Shown one piece after another: positions 31,065-43,877 of a stretch of DNA of 64,000 bases. The notes beneath the pieces were generated by a model. It had not been told where the DNA came from. It did no database searches and saw nothing but the letters and a program-made list of their open reading frames with translations. The stretch is from Macrostomum lignano. Lineage: Eukaryota. The DNA lies in assembly GCA_002269645.1 (NCBI GenBank), contig NIVC01000326.1:1-64000 (forward strand), in the 5' to 3' direction. Numbering within the stretch: the first letter of the stretch is position 1; each line of letters opens with the position of its first letter. The translations under genes and the position numbers were made by a program.

Positions 31065-33448
31065 ATGCACCTGTCAGGTGTAACTGTCAAGTACATCGCT
31101 ATTGGCAGTTACGGAGCCCTCATCGTCCTGTCCGTCGTTAGCTTAACCTCATCTGCTATCACTTTGGCTATAAAACTGTCGTCCACTAACGCGGAAGAAC
31201 TTTTTATGACTTTCATTAACCTGGCCAACTTAGCGATGGGCATCCTGGCTATTCTTAGCGTCCTGTACAACTGGAGAATTGCGCTCAAGATCGTGAGCCA
31301 ATCTTGTTCAGTATTTTACACACTTTTTTACTGTGACGACGCCATTATTAGAAAAAAAGTTTCAAAACAAAGGGATGTCAGTTAGTGAGTTAAAAGGCTG
31401 CGTTAGTTAGTCTCTTGTCCCTCTTGGTTGGCAAAGATCTGTTTGCAAACAGAATATCTAAATGTAGTTAGTGGTGTGCGAGCTGCCAGGCAGAATGACT
31501 ATATGAAATGTACATATGTACAGATGTACATTGATGTACATTGTTGAGCAGAGCTGCGAGTTGTTGGTTTCCGGTTGGTAACCTTGTTTAAAACCATTCG
31601 CTTTTCAGCGAATTGTCAGCAGTTTCAGGAGTTTGGGATCAGTTACTGCATCGTTGGACAGCTCACTGTTCAGACACCACTTTGAAATGACTCCAGCGGC
31701 TTGATGGCGTCGATACGCCGTCTTAGCATTGGCCTCAAGTGATCTAAAGGTAACGTGATTCTGCGCCCGCCTTCCTCCTGTATAGTTCTTTGAGAGCCGT
31801 TGCTCCTTGATGCGGGTGCACTGAGACGGCCAAGCGGTGAAGATGACATCCTTCGACGGCTACCAATCATCAGGGGTTCATCGTTGTTGGCTTGGGAGCT
31901 TACCAGTATCCAGTCAAACTATTACATGTTAAGGGGCGGCTCATTCTCAGTCACGAGCTCCTTACCCGGAGCAAGTGAACAAGCAAGCTCTCTCAAAGGC
32001 TCAAAATGCGCAAACGCTTTCGAGTACGTTAGGTGCATGTTCAAATTTATGTAATCAAATAATTATTTGCATGTACAGACAAGAGTAGGCAATGGAGCAA
32101 GTCTGAGCATGATCTCAGATCTTTATATCTAAAGAATGCGGTATGCATCAATTATTTAAGCAAACTGATAATTATCGACATCTTTTTCTACCCAAAAAAC
32201 CCAAGACCCCTTGCACCGGATAACCACGATAGAACGATGTCTCCATGATAACCGATCGTCTCAAACAACTTCGCATCTCGCAGATGGTCTGCCTTCTGGC
32301 CTGCGCTATGTTCGTCGCCCTGCTCTATCTGATATCCACAACTACAAGAGGAGTCCAGCTGAAATATGACGGGAACAGAATCAAAGAAAGAATCATTAGT
32401 GAATACGGATCAAACACCCAATTAACCAATCTTATCGACAATCATCAGACAGAGGTCAGAAACTTTCTATTTCTCGCCATTGAAACGGAATGACCGCACG
32501 CCTAATGACACGAGACTCCGTACAGTGGCTGTGTGGGGAGCCAGTTGTTTAGGTCAGCATCCGGCTAGCAGTTCCCGACCAGGACAGGCTACAGGTTTGG
32601 CCAAATTAAGCTACGGCCGTGATGGAGTCAGAAGCACGAGCCACCGCTTCATCATTCTTCGCCGAGGACTTGAAGGAGGCTCGAAAAAATCATCTCGAAT
32701 ACGAAGTAAGTTCAATTGATCTCAAACTTAGCTCAAAGATTCCAGCTTTTAAAACGGTGGTGCTCAGCTAACTGGAGTAAGCAGAGGCTGTTAATTAGGT
32801 GGTCATAAGAAGCGCAGACTTGTCAAAAAGTGTCCCCTCACCGAACTTAAGCTGCGCGACGAGGGTCTAAACCAGTTAAAGTGGGTTGATCTGCGTTGCA
32901 AGCTGAGGCAAAGTGATTCGTTTTTGCGGACTGAAAATTACCCATTACGATCAGACTCAAGCACAATTGACAGTAAGAATTGAATCAATTATAAATCACT
33001 TCGAAGCTTAAAAACTCTGACAGCAACACAAAGACAACCACAGATACTTGAGCTACTTCTGCTCAAAAATACCCCCTCCCTGCAGGACTGTATAGGAAAA
33101 GAGAAAAGGGAAATGGACGAAAGAACTGCGCTCATTATTGCGTGGGAATCGTTCCCTATTTGCCAGGTAAGAATAAATCTTGTAAACTATAAAAATATGT
33201 AATTGTATTTGAAGAATTTCTGTAGCATTTCGTGGCAACTGACCGCTAGTAGAATCAAATGACAGCTCTTGTCTGCCACCCTTCTGAAGTTGCTGCTCAA
33301 GCCCTCAATCCAGTCCGGATCTGTGCCTGAGCCAATAAAGTTATCCCAAAATGAGTTCTCAAATCTTTCGAGTTTTTCATCTACTTTTTAGGCGCTCTGC
33401 ATCGGCGCTCCGACCCTGAGGATCATGAGCCCGGCTGATGCAGCTTAG
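31065..33448 (+). pseudogene. Tetraspanin B, tandem paralogue of A with disrupted exon 3 (pseudogene or exon-skipped form)
   Basis: Exons 31065-31292, 32284-32454, 32526-32705, 33086-33166 and 33392-33448 parallel A (NWRIALKI|MVCLLAC, AEDLKEAR, DCIGK, CQ|ALC..IMSPA); exon 3 has in-frame TAG and TAA and lacks CCG/PxSCC. Confidence 0.72.
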
Positions 33449-33879
33449 TCGCTCCCTCCGAAAAGTTTTGCCTTGCTTGACTTGAGCAAAAAAACCTGAG
33501 AACTTAAGCAGCATAAGAGAATTTAACAGAGTTTTAACAGAGTTTAATATAGACTATATAGCGTATATATAGTGAATTCATTTTCCATAACAAATATACT
33601 GTTACTGTAGCAGGTAATAAAGAAATTTAAAAAATGCAGAAACACAATGCACTTCTTAAGGGCGGTTCAAATTACGAGCTACCGCTAGCAGCTCAGTTGC
33701 TCAAATCAATGAAGAGCTTGTTAAAATCTGTTTTAAATTTTGATAAAAACTGCAGTAGCTATTTTAGTTATATTTTGGATTTTATCAGCATTTATTACCG
33801 GCTCTCATTATGTAACGATGTACACCTCTTAAATAGCGGTATGGGTTCAACAAGAAGCCTCAAACGATCCAACTCCTGT

Positions 33880-35209
33880 ACACCACACCCAGGACATCCA
33901 TCTGCAGTAATGGACACCACACACCACATACAGGACATCCATCTGCAGTAATGGACACCACACACCACATACAGGACATCCATCTGCAGTAATGGACACC
34001 ACACACCACATACAGGACATCCATCTGCAGTAATGGACACCACACACAGGACATCCATCTACAGTCATGGACACCACACACAGACATCCATCTACAGTCA
34101 TGGACACCACACACAGGACATCCATCTACAGTCATGGACACCACACACAGGACATCCATCTACAGTCATGGACACCACACACAGGACATCCATCTACAGT
34201 CATGGACACCACACACAGGACATCCATCTACAGTCATGGACACCACACACAGGACATCCATCTACAGTCATGGACACCACACACAGACATCCATCTACAG
34301 TCATGGACACCACACACAGGACATCCATCTACAGTCATGGACACCACACACAGGACATCCATCTACAGTCATGGACACCACACACAGGCATCCATCTACA
34401 GTCATGGACACCACACACAGGACATCCATCTACAGTCATGGACACCACACACAGGACATCCATCTGCAGCCATGGACACCACACACAGGACATCCATCTA
34501 CAGTCATGGACACCACACACAGGACATCCATCTACAGTCATGGACACCACACACAGGACATCCATCTACAGTCATGGACACCACACACAGGACATCCATC
34601 TACAGTCATGGACACCACACACAGGACATCCATCTCCAGTCATGGACACCACACCAAGGACATCCATCTACAGTCATGGACACCACACACAGGACATCCA
34701 TCTACAGTCATGGACACCACACCAAGGACATCCATCTCCAGTCATGGACACCACACCAAGGACATCCATCTGCAGTCATGGACACCACATACAGGACATC
34801 CATCTGCAGCCATGGACACCACACCAAGGAGATCCATCTGCAGCCATGGACACCACATACAGGACATCCATCTGCAGCCATGGACACCACAACAAGGACA
34901 TCCATCTGCAGTCATGGACACCACACACAGGACATCCATCTACAGTCATGGACACCACACCAAGGACATCCATCTGCAGTCATGGACACCACAACAAGGA
35001 CATCCATCTGCAGTCATGGACACCACACCAAGGAGATCCATCTGCAGCCATGGACACCACATACAGGACATCCATCTGCAGCCATGGACACCACAACAAG
35101 GACATCCATCTGCAGTCATGGACACCACACACAGGACATCCATCTACAGTCATGGACACCACACACAGGACATCCATCTCCAGCCATGGACACCACACCA
35201 AGGACATCC
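33880..35209. repeat. 34-bp minisatellite (acaggacatccatctacagtcatggacaccacac)n; resumes at 36067-36135
   Basis: Direct tandem units, interrupted by an LTR element. Confidence 0.96.
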
Positions 35210-36066
35210 TGTTGTGATTGACAATGCTTGCGCAATACTGACCACTGACAATTAACTATTGACCTTATTGAATGCGTGGGCGTATACTGTACTCAGACTA
35301 GAATGTGTAGGTGATTGCGTATCGATTTGGCAATGCAACGTGCAAGTAGGAGTTTCATCTCTATAAATATATCGTGAGCGAGATGTGTATCTCTGAACTC
35401 AAAAGCTTCAATCAAAGAAACTCTCTGTGTTAATTAGAACACAACAAATGGCGACGAGCGGACTCCCGTACCCAGCGGAGTTTCAACCAGTACCAGGCGA
35501 ACCTCCTGTGCCATGGGCAAGGTGGATCAAGTCATTTGAGAACTTCCTGGTAGCTGGAGCTCTTGAAGAGGCATCAGAGAGTCGGAAAAAGGCGATCCTC
35601 CTGCATCTGCTTGGTGAGGAAGGACGCCGCCGAGCTGCAAACGTCGATGCAAGCAAGTCGCTTCAGGAGACCAAAAAGGCACTGAAGGCGATTTTCAGCT
35701 CGTCGAGAAGCGTCATAGCAGAGCGCTTCGCCTTTCGGCAGCGAGCCCAGCACGACGGCGAGAGCATCGGAGACTACGTGATGGCCCTGAGAGAACTGGC
35801 AACAAACTGCAACTTTGGCACCTTTCACGACGAAATGATTCGAGACCAACTTGTGGAGAAAACCTGCGTACCTCGCATTAGGGAAAGACTCCTGATGGAG
35901 GAGGACGATCTGACGCTAGATGACGCCATCAAGAAGGCCGAGCGAATCGAAGCAGCCATCAGAGACGCCAAGCAGGTCAGCGGCCCAGAGCTCCACGTGA
36001 AGGCGCTGAGCAAGAAGCCGAAGCCAGCTGCTCGCCATGAGAAGACCGCAGCAGCAGGTCCAAAGT
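35210..36066 (+). mobile_element. 3'-truncated Gypsy element: one LTR (35210-35446), PBS and partial gag
   Basis: TGTTGTG..CACAACA LTR ends, PBS tggcgacgag at 35449; gag from ATG 35448 (WARWIKSFENF, ERFAFRQRAQHDGESIGDYVMALRELATNCNFG, IRDQLV) stops abruptly where the minisatellite resumes. Confidence 0.9.
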
Positions 36067-36659
36067 CCATCTGCAGTCATGGACACCACACCCAGGACAT
36101 CCATCTGCACAGTCATGGACACCACACCAAGGACAACGAGCTGCAGTCATTTTAAGCCTAACTGCATGATAAGAAATATGCATGATAATATGAGGTGTGA
36201 ATTGCTTAGTGCGGCCTTAGTGCGGCACAGAGCGGCAGTCACGTGACATTGGCTGTTCTTTTGCTGACGACGTCATAGCTGTTGACTGACATGGTTAACA
36301 ATTTTTTTATTTTACGAGACACTGAACTGAAATTATTGGATTTCAAACCAAAAATCTTGAAAACTGTTATAAAGTTGCCCTCTCAGTGTGATGGAGAGAG
36401 CACAAGTTCAAAATAAAGTTAAGCTAAAAGGCAATCAAGGAGACAGTCAAAGAGACAGTTAAATTACTATGATATAATTACCCTCAAAGTGTTACATAAA
36501 GCTTAAAAAATCAGATTTTCTTGCAGACTTTTATCTGAATTTTCCCGTCTACTACAAACTTAAAGCAGTTAAAGTTTTGCAGAGGTCAAATTTTGGATTT
36601 TCAATTGGACGTCAGTAATCTTCTGGAGAAGGCGCATGCTCTTTCTCCATTGTGCCTAG

Positions 36660-37800
36660 ATTTTTAAGGCCGATCAAGTATATAATCTTTGTCTGTTCTT
36701 TTGGTTCCTATGGCAGAGAAAGGCCGAGGACGTTGTTCTCAGGCCGAGGCGAAGCCGAGGCCTTAGAATTGCGTCCGAGGTCTTTCTGCCATAGACACCA
36801 AAAGAACAGACGAAGATCGTACTTAATCTACAGATATTGGAAGCGACTGGGAGTGGGAGAGAGGTATTCGTCAAAAGCGGGGGTGTGGGGGGCGCAGCCC
36901 CCCACATTTAACCACAGACATAAAAATTAAAGTAAAAGATTCAATGCTTAAATTAAAAGCGAGAAAGGAAAGGTTTTGGCAGCTAGAGGAAATCAGAGAG
37001 AACTGAGAATCATGGAACACGACTTGGAACTCGCTTTCGACTGGTTGAATGACATTGAATTGAGAGAAAACGAGGCTTCTAGATTTGCTTTACTGTCCGA
37101 TAACGAGGTTGCTGAAAGGATTGACGCTGCTGTGCCGGAATCGACACGCCGGAAGGAACGATGGGCACTAAAGCAATTTGACGACTGGTTTCAGGAGAGG
37201 CAAACCAAACTGCTTCATGGAGACGCCTGCGGTCTATCTGTGTCTACCTATCGGCCGGCATACTCTCGACTCCAATTGTGGCGAATATCACCAAACCCGT
37301 GTCTACGGATGGTAAATTCTTAAACCAGTCTCTAAGGAAGACTTGTGCCAGCACGTTGCATCGGGCTGGACTGGCTAGGGACGATATAGCCCGCGTCACT
37401 GGACATTCGTCCAACGCAATAGAGAGGTACATAACGGCTAGACGTCCAGGATCATTCGCGTATGACCTACGCTCTACACGCCGGAGGAGCCGTGAAGTCC
37501 AATGGGCGGACCAATGAGCAAGATGTCGTGTCTGAGGGTACTACCAAGAAGATGCGCATGACTGTCCATGGTGACACCAACACCGTAGAAATCATGTTCG
37601 AGTAAATCGGCAAGAATGAATCGGTCTTTACTGCTGTTGATAGTTTATACTTCTAATGGACTAACTGACAAATTATAGTCGTTCTAAAATGTTCTCAGGC
37701 CTTGTTCTTAGACCTGTTAACCGGTTAACAGGCCTCGTTTTGAGTTCTCAGGCTTCGTTTTTTAGTGAGGTTTGGCCATAGACTATCGTTCCACTAGAAA
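36660..37800 (+). mobile_element. Internally deleted Crypton-type tyrosine-recombinase transposon
   Basis: N-terminal SRFALLSDNEV..VPESTRRKERWALKQFDDW and C-terminal KFLNQSLRKTCASTL..IARVTGHSSNAIERY (cf. NHSLR..TGH.S..Y) are joined with the core missing; long hairpin with ccgaggcgaagccgagg on the left, palindrome on the right. Confidence 0.75.
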
Positions 37801-38260
37801 AGAAGGAGCCTAGGAATTTAGTGTGAACCGTCATATCTGTAGGTTAACACACATGCATGCACGCAGTCGCCAGTGTGGAACTTTTGTCTATGGTTCGAAC
37901 TTTAGCAGGGGTAAATTGAAGACTATCCCATTTTGGCTCGCTAATTTCGACTGCATTCCCTTGGCCCTCGAGATGTCTATGGTTCGGAGGGCCGAAATGA
38001 CATCAATACGAGGACTGCTGCTCAAAAGCTCGGAACTATAGACATATCCTTCTATTGTGGGTCGCTGCATGTCTATGGCGGAAGGCATCCTCATTTGTTT
38101 TATCTAAACATATTTGTATCAGCCAGGGCTAGGGAGAGAGCTCTGGTGTGTACGATCTAGGTTCGTTTTGACTTGCAACTCACGGTCGTACAAATCAAAG
38201 ACTTCACAGCAATCAAAGGCTTCAGCAACCACGAGTCCTTGTTTCGAATCAGGCCGTCCC

Positions 38261-39070
38261 TCACACGCGAACGGCGAATTCTCCAGCCACGGCCTTCAGC
38301 TCGTGCGGCACAACCGGGAATCTCAACAGGTAGCAGGTATCCAGGTGGAGCAGCACGGCCTGACAGTCAGCACGGCAGAAAATCAGACACTCAACCATTA
38401 TCATCACAGGCTGCTCGGTGCGGTAAAAGGGTCCGCTGGAGGAGGTCACGTTCAGGTAGACTCGATCGGCAATAGTGAAACACCGGCTGACTGGAAGAAC
38501 AGAGAGGCTGCACAGCAATTCTAGTGAAAGTGCCGATTGAGCAGTTAGAATAAAGTTAAATTTTGTACTGTATGTGTGATTTATCCTGTGTGACATGCAA
38601 CACAGTTCAAATCGGCCCTGGGGCTTGCACATGCTACAACAATTCACTATTTTGCTAGAACTATTGCACTCACCTGGACGAAGGTAGACCTGCCGGTACA
38701 CGGAGTTTCTCCACTCTGATCCGCAGATTTGAGCAGAGTTGCCGCCGCAGTACCTGTTGCAGTCGCTGTCGGCAGCCTGGCCGAGGGAGCCATACGAGTT
38801 TGCACAGAAGCATTTCACTGAAAACTGAATGCCAAAGTACTCAAAGTCTCCATAGGCGCAGATCTCGCCGCACAGTTTCAGAGTCATGTGGCCGAGGCTG
38901 ACGAATGACCCGGACACCGAGTACAGTCCGATGGTTGACCTGCCTTCGAGTCCGGGGAGGTCTCGAGTTGGGCCGTCCACGAAGCAGCCCACCGGGCCGA
39001 ATTCGGCGCCTATCGAGTAGCCGAAAGCGATGCAGCAGCAGAGAAGCGGCAGAATTGATGAGGCCTGCAT
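38261..39070 (-). CDS. Secreted WSC-domain plus PAN/apple-like protein, two exons
   Basis: Exons 39070-38674 and 38490-38261 (phase 1, GT-AG); signal-like ILPLLCCCIAFG; WSC pattern GCFVD..MTLKLCGEIC..YFGIQFSVKCFC..CNRYCGGNSAQICGSEWRNSVY; exon 2 ECLIFCRADCQAV..TCYL. Confidence 0.85.
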   Translation of the reverse strand: MQASSILPLLCCCIAFGYSIGAEFGPVGCFVDGPTRDLPGLEGRSTIGLYSVSGSFVSLGHMTLKLCGEICAYGDFEYFGIQFSVKCFCANSYGSLGQAADSDCNRYCGGNSAQICGSEWRNSVYRQVYLRPGECNSSSKIVNCCSMCKPQGRFELCCMSHRINHTYSTKFNFILTAQSALSLELLCSLSVLPVSRCFTIADRVYLNVTSSSGPFYRTEQPVMIMVECLIFCRADCQAVLLHLDTCYLLRFPVVPHELKAVAGEFAVRV

Positions 39071-40025
39071 TGTTAGCGGCTGGGAAGATGAGGCTTGCTG
39101 CAATTTCGTCTCTTGCTACCTGCTTGGGCTGTCGGCTTTATGAATTTCCCCAAATTATCAATTGGGGTGGCGGGCGCGGCAACTGGGATGCTCAGTTATT
39201 TATTTTGCATTTTCCGCTAAAATTCGTGTTTCCAAAGCGACTCGGCAGTTGTTTACTGAAGGCGGCTTGCAGAATCTGCGCTGCATCACTGCTCCCACAT
39301 CACGGGAGGCATCCTAGTGAGGCATTCTGATTATTCTATTCAATGAGGAGTTCTCATGTCGATTCTCGGCCTTTTTTCCGTCGCGATTCGAAAAAACCTA
39401 TGGATTGAATATGAAAATTAATTAGTATTATTTGCATACATTCGAGCAAAAATTTAAAATTCTTCAAGGCCTGAATTGTAGCAGATCAGATTTTATTTTC
39501 AAATCCCGCCCGGCAATCGAGTCTCATCTCCACTGATTTGTTTGGCACTGCAGATTTGCACCTGTTTGCTTGAGTTGTGTTTCGTACAAACACTTTGATT
39601 TGGCCAGTCTGCCTGTTTGGTGCATAAGCTAATTTCAGTTAGCGTTAGTTTGGAGTTTTTGGCACAGTTAGTGTGCAAACTAAATTAATAGTTCGTTGTG
39701 TACAGCAGGATTGTTTAAGTAAGTTAAACTTTTACCCGCATTCTCTTTCACGTTTGTTTTATTGAAGTATAAAATTTTACAGTAATACCATTTGACTCGC
39801 GAAAGTTATGAGCATTTCAACTGTACATAAGAAATTTCTAGAACAATTTTAAAGTTTGCACTTTTGATGCAGGAAAATAGCATATTGGTGTCAAAAGTGT
39901 CATGGTATGTCTTGACATGGCATTTAAGTCAGCGACATGTAATAAGTGAATAAATTATTTAATCAATATTTATTGATTTATTACTGCTTCGTAAAAAATC
40001 GTTGCATGCCTGCATTCATTCAATT

Positions 40026-40312
40026 GACAAAAGCCATAGACAAAAAACATAGACAAAACCCATAGAAAAAACCATAGACAAAAGCCATAGACAAAATCCA
40101 TAGACAAAAGCCATAGACAAAAGCCATAGACAAAATCCATAGACAAAAGCCATAGACAAAATCCATAGACAAAAGCCATAGACAAACGCCATAGACAAAA
40201 GCCATAGACAAAAGCCATAGACAAAAGCCATAGACAAAAGCCATAGACAAAAGCCATGGACAAAATCCAGAGACAAAACCATTAGACAAAGGCCGTAGGG
40301 AAGAGCCATAGA
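40026..40312. repeat. 12-bp tandem repeat (gccatagacaaaa-type)
   Basis: Direct tandem units. Confidence 0.92.
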
Positions 40313-40711
40313 CCACTCAGCAAAGTTTAAAATTGTTGGAAATTTCTTGGGTACAGTTTTAAAAACGCTCACAACTTTTGTCAGGCAAATGGTTTTACTG
40401 TGAAATTTTACACTTCAATAAAACAAATGTAAAAGAGAATGTAGGTAAAAATTAAAATTACTTAAACAATAAACAAGGAACACAGTCCGGAAACTTCTGA
40501 AAATTAGTCTAGCTCATGACTCCAGTCTAGCAAAGCATGAAATGCGAAGCGGAGATCGCAGAGAAGAGCAGGCGATGCTTGATGGGGCAGAGAGCAGCCA
40601 CCTGCTGTCCGCTCCATCATGCATCCCAGAATACCTCAGACTCCTAATTGGAGAGCCCGCCTACCAGTCTGCTTACTAAAATTGAAGATAAAATTGAAGA
40701 TAGGGGGACAG

Positions 40712-42470
40712 TCTCGTAGATAGGGAGACAAGTTGGTAGATAGGGAGCCAGATCGGTAGAGAAGGAGACACGTTAGTAGATAGGGAGACACGTTGGTAGA
40801 TAGGGAGACGAGTTGGTAGATAGGGAAGCAGATCGGTAGAGAAGGAGACAAGTTGGTAGATAGGGAGCCGGATCGGTAGATAGGGAGACAAGTTGGTAGA
40901 TAGGGAGACAAGTTGGTAGATAGGGAGACAAATTGGTAGATAGAGAGACAAGTTGGTAGATATGGAGACGAGTTGGTAGATAGGGAGCCGGATCGGTAGA
41001 TAGGGAGACAAGTTGGTAGATAGGGAGACAAGTTGGTTTATAGGGAGACAAATTGGTAGATAGAGAGACAAGTTGGTAGATATGGAGACGAGTTGGTAGA
41101 TAGGGAGCCGGATCGGTAGATAGGGAGACAAGTTGGTAGATAGGGAGACGAGTTGGTAGATAGGGAGACAAATTGGTTGATAGAGAGACAAGTTGGTAGA
41201 TAGGGGGACAAATTGGTAGATAGAGAGACAAGTTGGTAGATATGGAGACGAGTTGGTAGATAGGGAGCCGGATCGGTAGATAGGGAGACAAGTTGGTAGA
41301 TAGGGGGACAAATTGGTAGATAGAGAGACAAGTTAGTAGATATGGAGACGAGTTGGTAGATAGGGAGCCAGATCGTTAGAGAAGGAGACAAGTTGGTAGA
41401 TAGGGAGCCGGATCGGTAGATAGGGAGACAAGTTGGTAGATAGGGAGACGAGTTGGTAGATAGGGAGACAAATTGGTTGATTGGGAGACAAGTTGGTAGA
41501 TAGGGAGACAAGTTGGTAGATAGGGAGACAAGTTGGTAGATAGGGAGACAAATTGGTAGATAGGGAGACAAATTGGTAGATAGGGAGACAAATTAGTTGA
41601 TAGGGACGCAGATTCGTTGATAGGGAGACAAATTGGTAGATAGGGAGACAAGTTGGTAGATAGGGAGACAAGTTGGTTGATAGGGAGACAAGTTGGTAGA
41701 TTGGGAGACAAGTTGGTAGATAGGGAGACAAGTTGGTAGATAGGGAGACAAATTAGTTGATAGGGACGCAGATTCGTTGATAGGGAGACAAATTGGTAGA
41801 TAGGGAGACAATTTGGTAGATAGGGAGACAAATTGGTTGATAGGGAGACAAGTTGGTAGATAGGGAGACAAATTGGTTGATAGGGACGCAGATTCGTTGA
41901 TAGGGAGACAAATTGGTAGATAGGGAGACAAGTTGGTAGATTGGGAGACAAGTTGGTAGATAGGGAGACAAGTTGGTTGATAGGGAGACAAGTTGGTAGA
42001 TAGGGAGACAAGTTGGTAGACTGGGAGACAAGTTGGTAGATAGGGAGACAAGTTGGTAGATAGGGAGACAAGTTGGTAGATTGGGAGACAAGTTGGTAGA
42101 TAGGGAGACAAATTGGTAGATAGAGAGACAAGTTGGTAGATATGGAGACGAGTTGGTAGATAGGGAGCCGGATCGGTAGATAGGGAGACAAGTTGGTAGA
42201 TAGGGAGACGAGTTGGTAGATAGGGAGACAAATTGGTTGATAGAGAGACAAGTTGGTAGATAGGGGGACAAATTGGTAGATAGAGAGACAAGTTGGTAGA
42301 TATGGAGACGAGTTGGTAGATAGGGAGCCGGATCGGTAGATAGGGAGACAAGTTGGTAGATAGGGAGACGAGTTGGTAGATAGGGAGACAAATTGGTAGA
42401 TAGAGAGACAAGTTGGTAGATAGGGAGACAAGTTGGTAGATAGGGAGACAAACTAGTAGATATTCTTACT
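40712..42470. repeat. 20-bp minisatellite (tagatagggagacaagttgg)n with higher-order variant blocks
   Basis: ~1.75 kb of tandem units. Confidence 0.97.
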
Positions 42471-43047
42471 AAGTAGATAGGCAGTCTGACTTTAAAACTC
42501 GTCTGAAAGCATATTTGCAAGGATTTGAAAACAATGCTTTCTCAGAGAGCTGCTGCAGTTCCGAACCAGTTCATTGGGTCAGTGACGCACGCAGGAAAGT
42601 GTGTAAATGTTTGAAATGCGTCGCAAATGACACAGTGGCCTTGATTTCAGATTTACATTAGTTGGTTAAATCAAATGAATTCAGGTGCCAACTGCTCATG
42701 ATGACTGCGAGCGCATCCGAGAGAAGGAACCGATTGAAAGTGTTGGAGTTGCTCCCTGTTTTCCCGAACTTTTGAAGGCCAATCTGTGCAGAAGCTCTGT
42801 GCAGGAAGGCAATAAAAGTCGGAGCCCATCGCCTTTGAATGCAGAAGGGATTTTGTCACGTGTATTTTTATTATCAGTAGTATCGAGCGCTTTATCTGAC
42901 GAATTTCTTCGCGGTGCAACAAAATGTTTGGAAAAAAATCTGTTTGGAAAATTTTTCGAAAATGTCAAAGTTGCTTTAAAACTGCTTGAGCGCTCGATTT
43001 TGCAAGTTGCAGCAGAAGAAATCTTCTGTGCCATCATGCTGGTGCTG

Positions 43048-43877
43048 TTACAGAAGCAGCATCTCGATCTCCATCAGCGAGTAGTCGTAGCCGAAGTTGG
43101 ATTTCCAAATAACTCCCTGTGCATGAGCACCTCCGATGGCAGCAGATGCGTCTTTGTACTCTCCGTTCAGGTGGGCGCAGTGACAGCTGGTGAACCACCA
43201 GGCACCTTTATAAGCTGTTGCGCAGTTGTCAGTGTAGGTGTCGTGATCGGCGTCCTTCGTGCTGAACTGCATGCCGTTGTTCTTGTCGAGGCAGTCGCCG
43301 ATGCCGGCGCTGCCGGAGAAGCCGGACACGCTCAGCCGGTAGTTGTCCGACTCGGGACCCACGGAGAAGCTGGAGTACTCAGCCCAGTGCTCAGAGTCGT
43401 TCCACGCCTTCATCAGGATCCTCAGCTTCCGAGGACCAGAAGCAGTGAGAGCGTGGAGAGAGTTCAGGCCTGGGAATATGCGGACGTCATGGCGGTGTTT
43501 GTCATTGAAGTCCGAGTTGGAAAAGAAAGCGAATGGAGCAGATCTGGGATGCACTCACCGATCCAGTAGTTTCCGTCGGGTCCCTCGCCGAACTCGCTCT
43601 GGTACTGAGTCCAGTTGCGGTAAAAGTCCACTGAGCCGGACACCCTGTGCTGCACGGTGGTCCAGCAGTCACTGCCGGCTGTCTGCAATGTAAAAAGTTT
43701 TTGCAAAAGTACCTATTCAGACTATGGGGATGCAAAAGCTGCTGAACACAGGACTCACCCACACTTGATGATCTCCTTTGTTCGCATTGCGGCACTTCCT
43801 GCAGTGGCTCAGGCCCAGGCGACACCTGAAGTGAGCGCACAGGCCGGAGCTGGCGTTGAACGTCACCAGCTGCACAG
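43048..43877 (-). pseudogene. Fibrinogen-related gene copy A, 5'-truncated
   Basis: Exons 43877-43759 (partial), 43682-43559 and 43469-43048; [24 protein letters not shown]|LNSLH, FSTKDADHD, GAWWF; identity to copy B exon 1 ends at 43877, where PLE sequence starts. Confidence 0.85.

Noticed and set aside
33795-35255. Long His/Thr-rich and Cys-rich ORFs
   Set aside because: Stop-free translations of the 34-bp repeat cycling through all frames
40636-42520. Many Leu/Pro/Ser-rich minus-strand ORFs
   Set aside because: Artefacts of the 20-bp minisatellite
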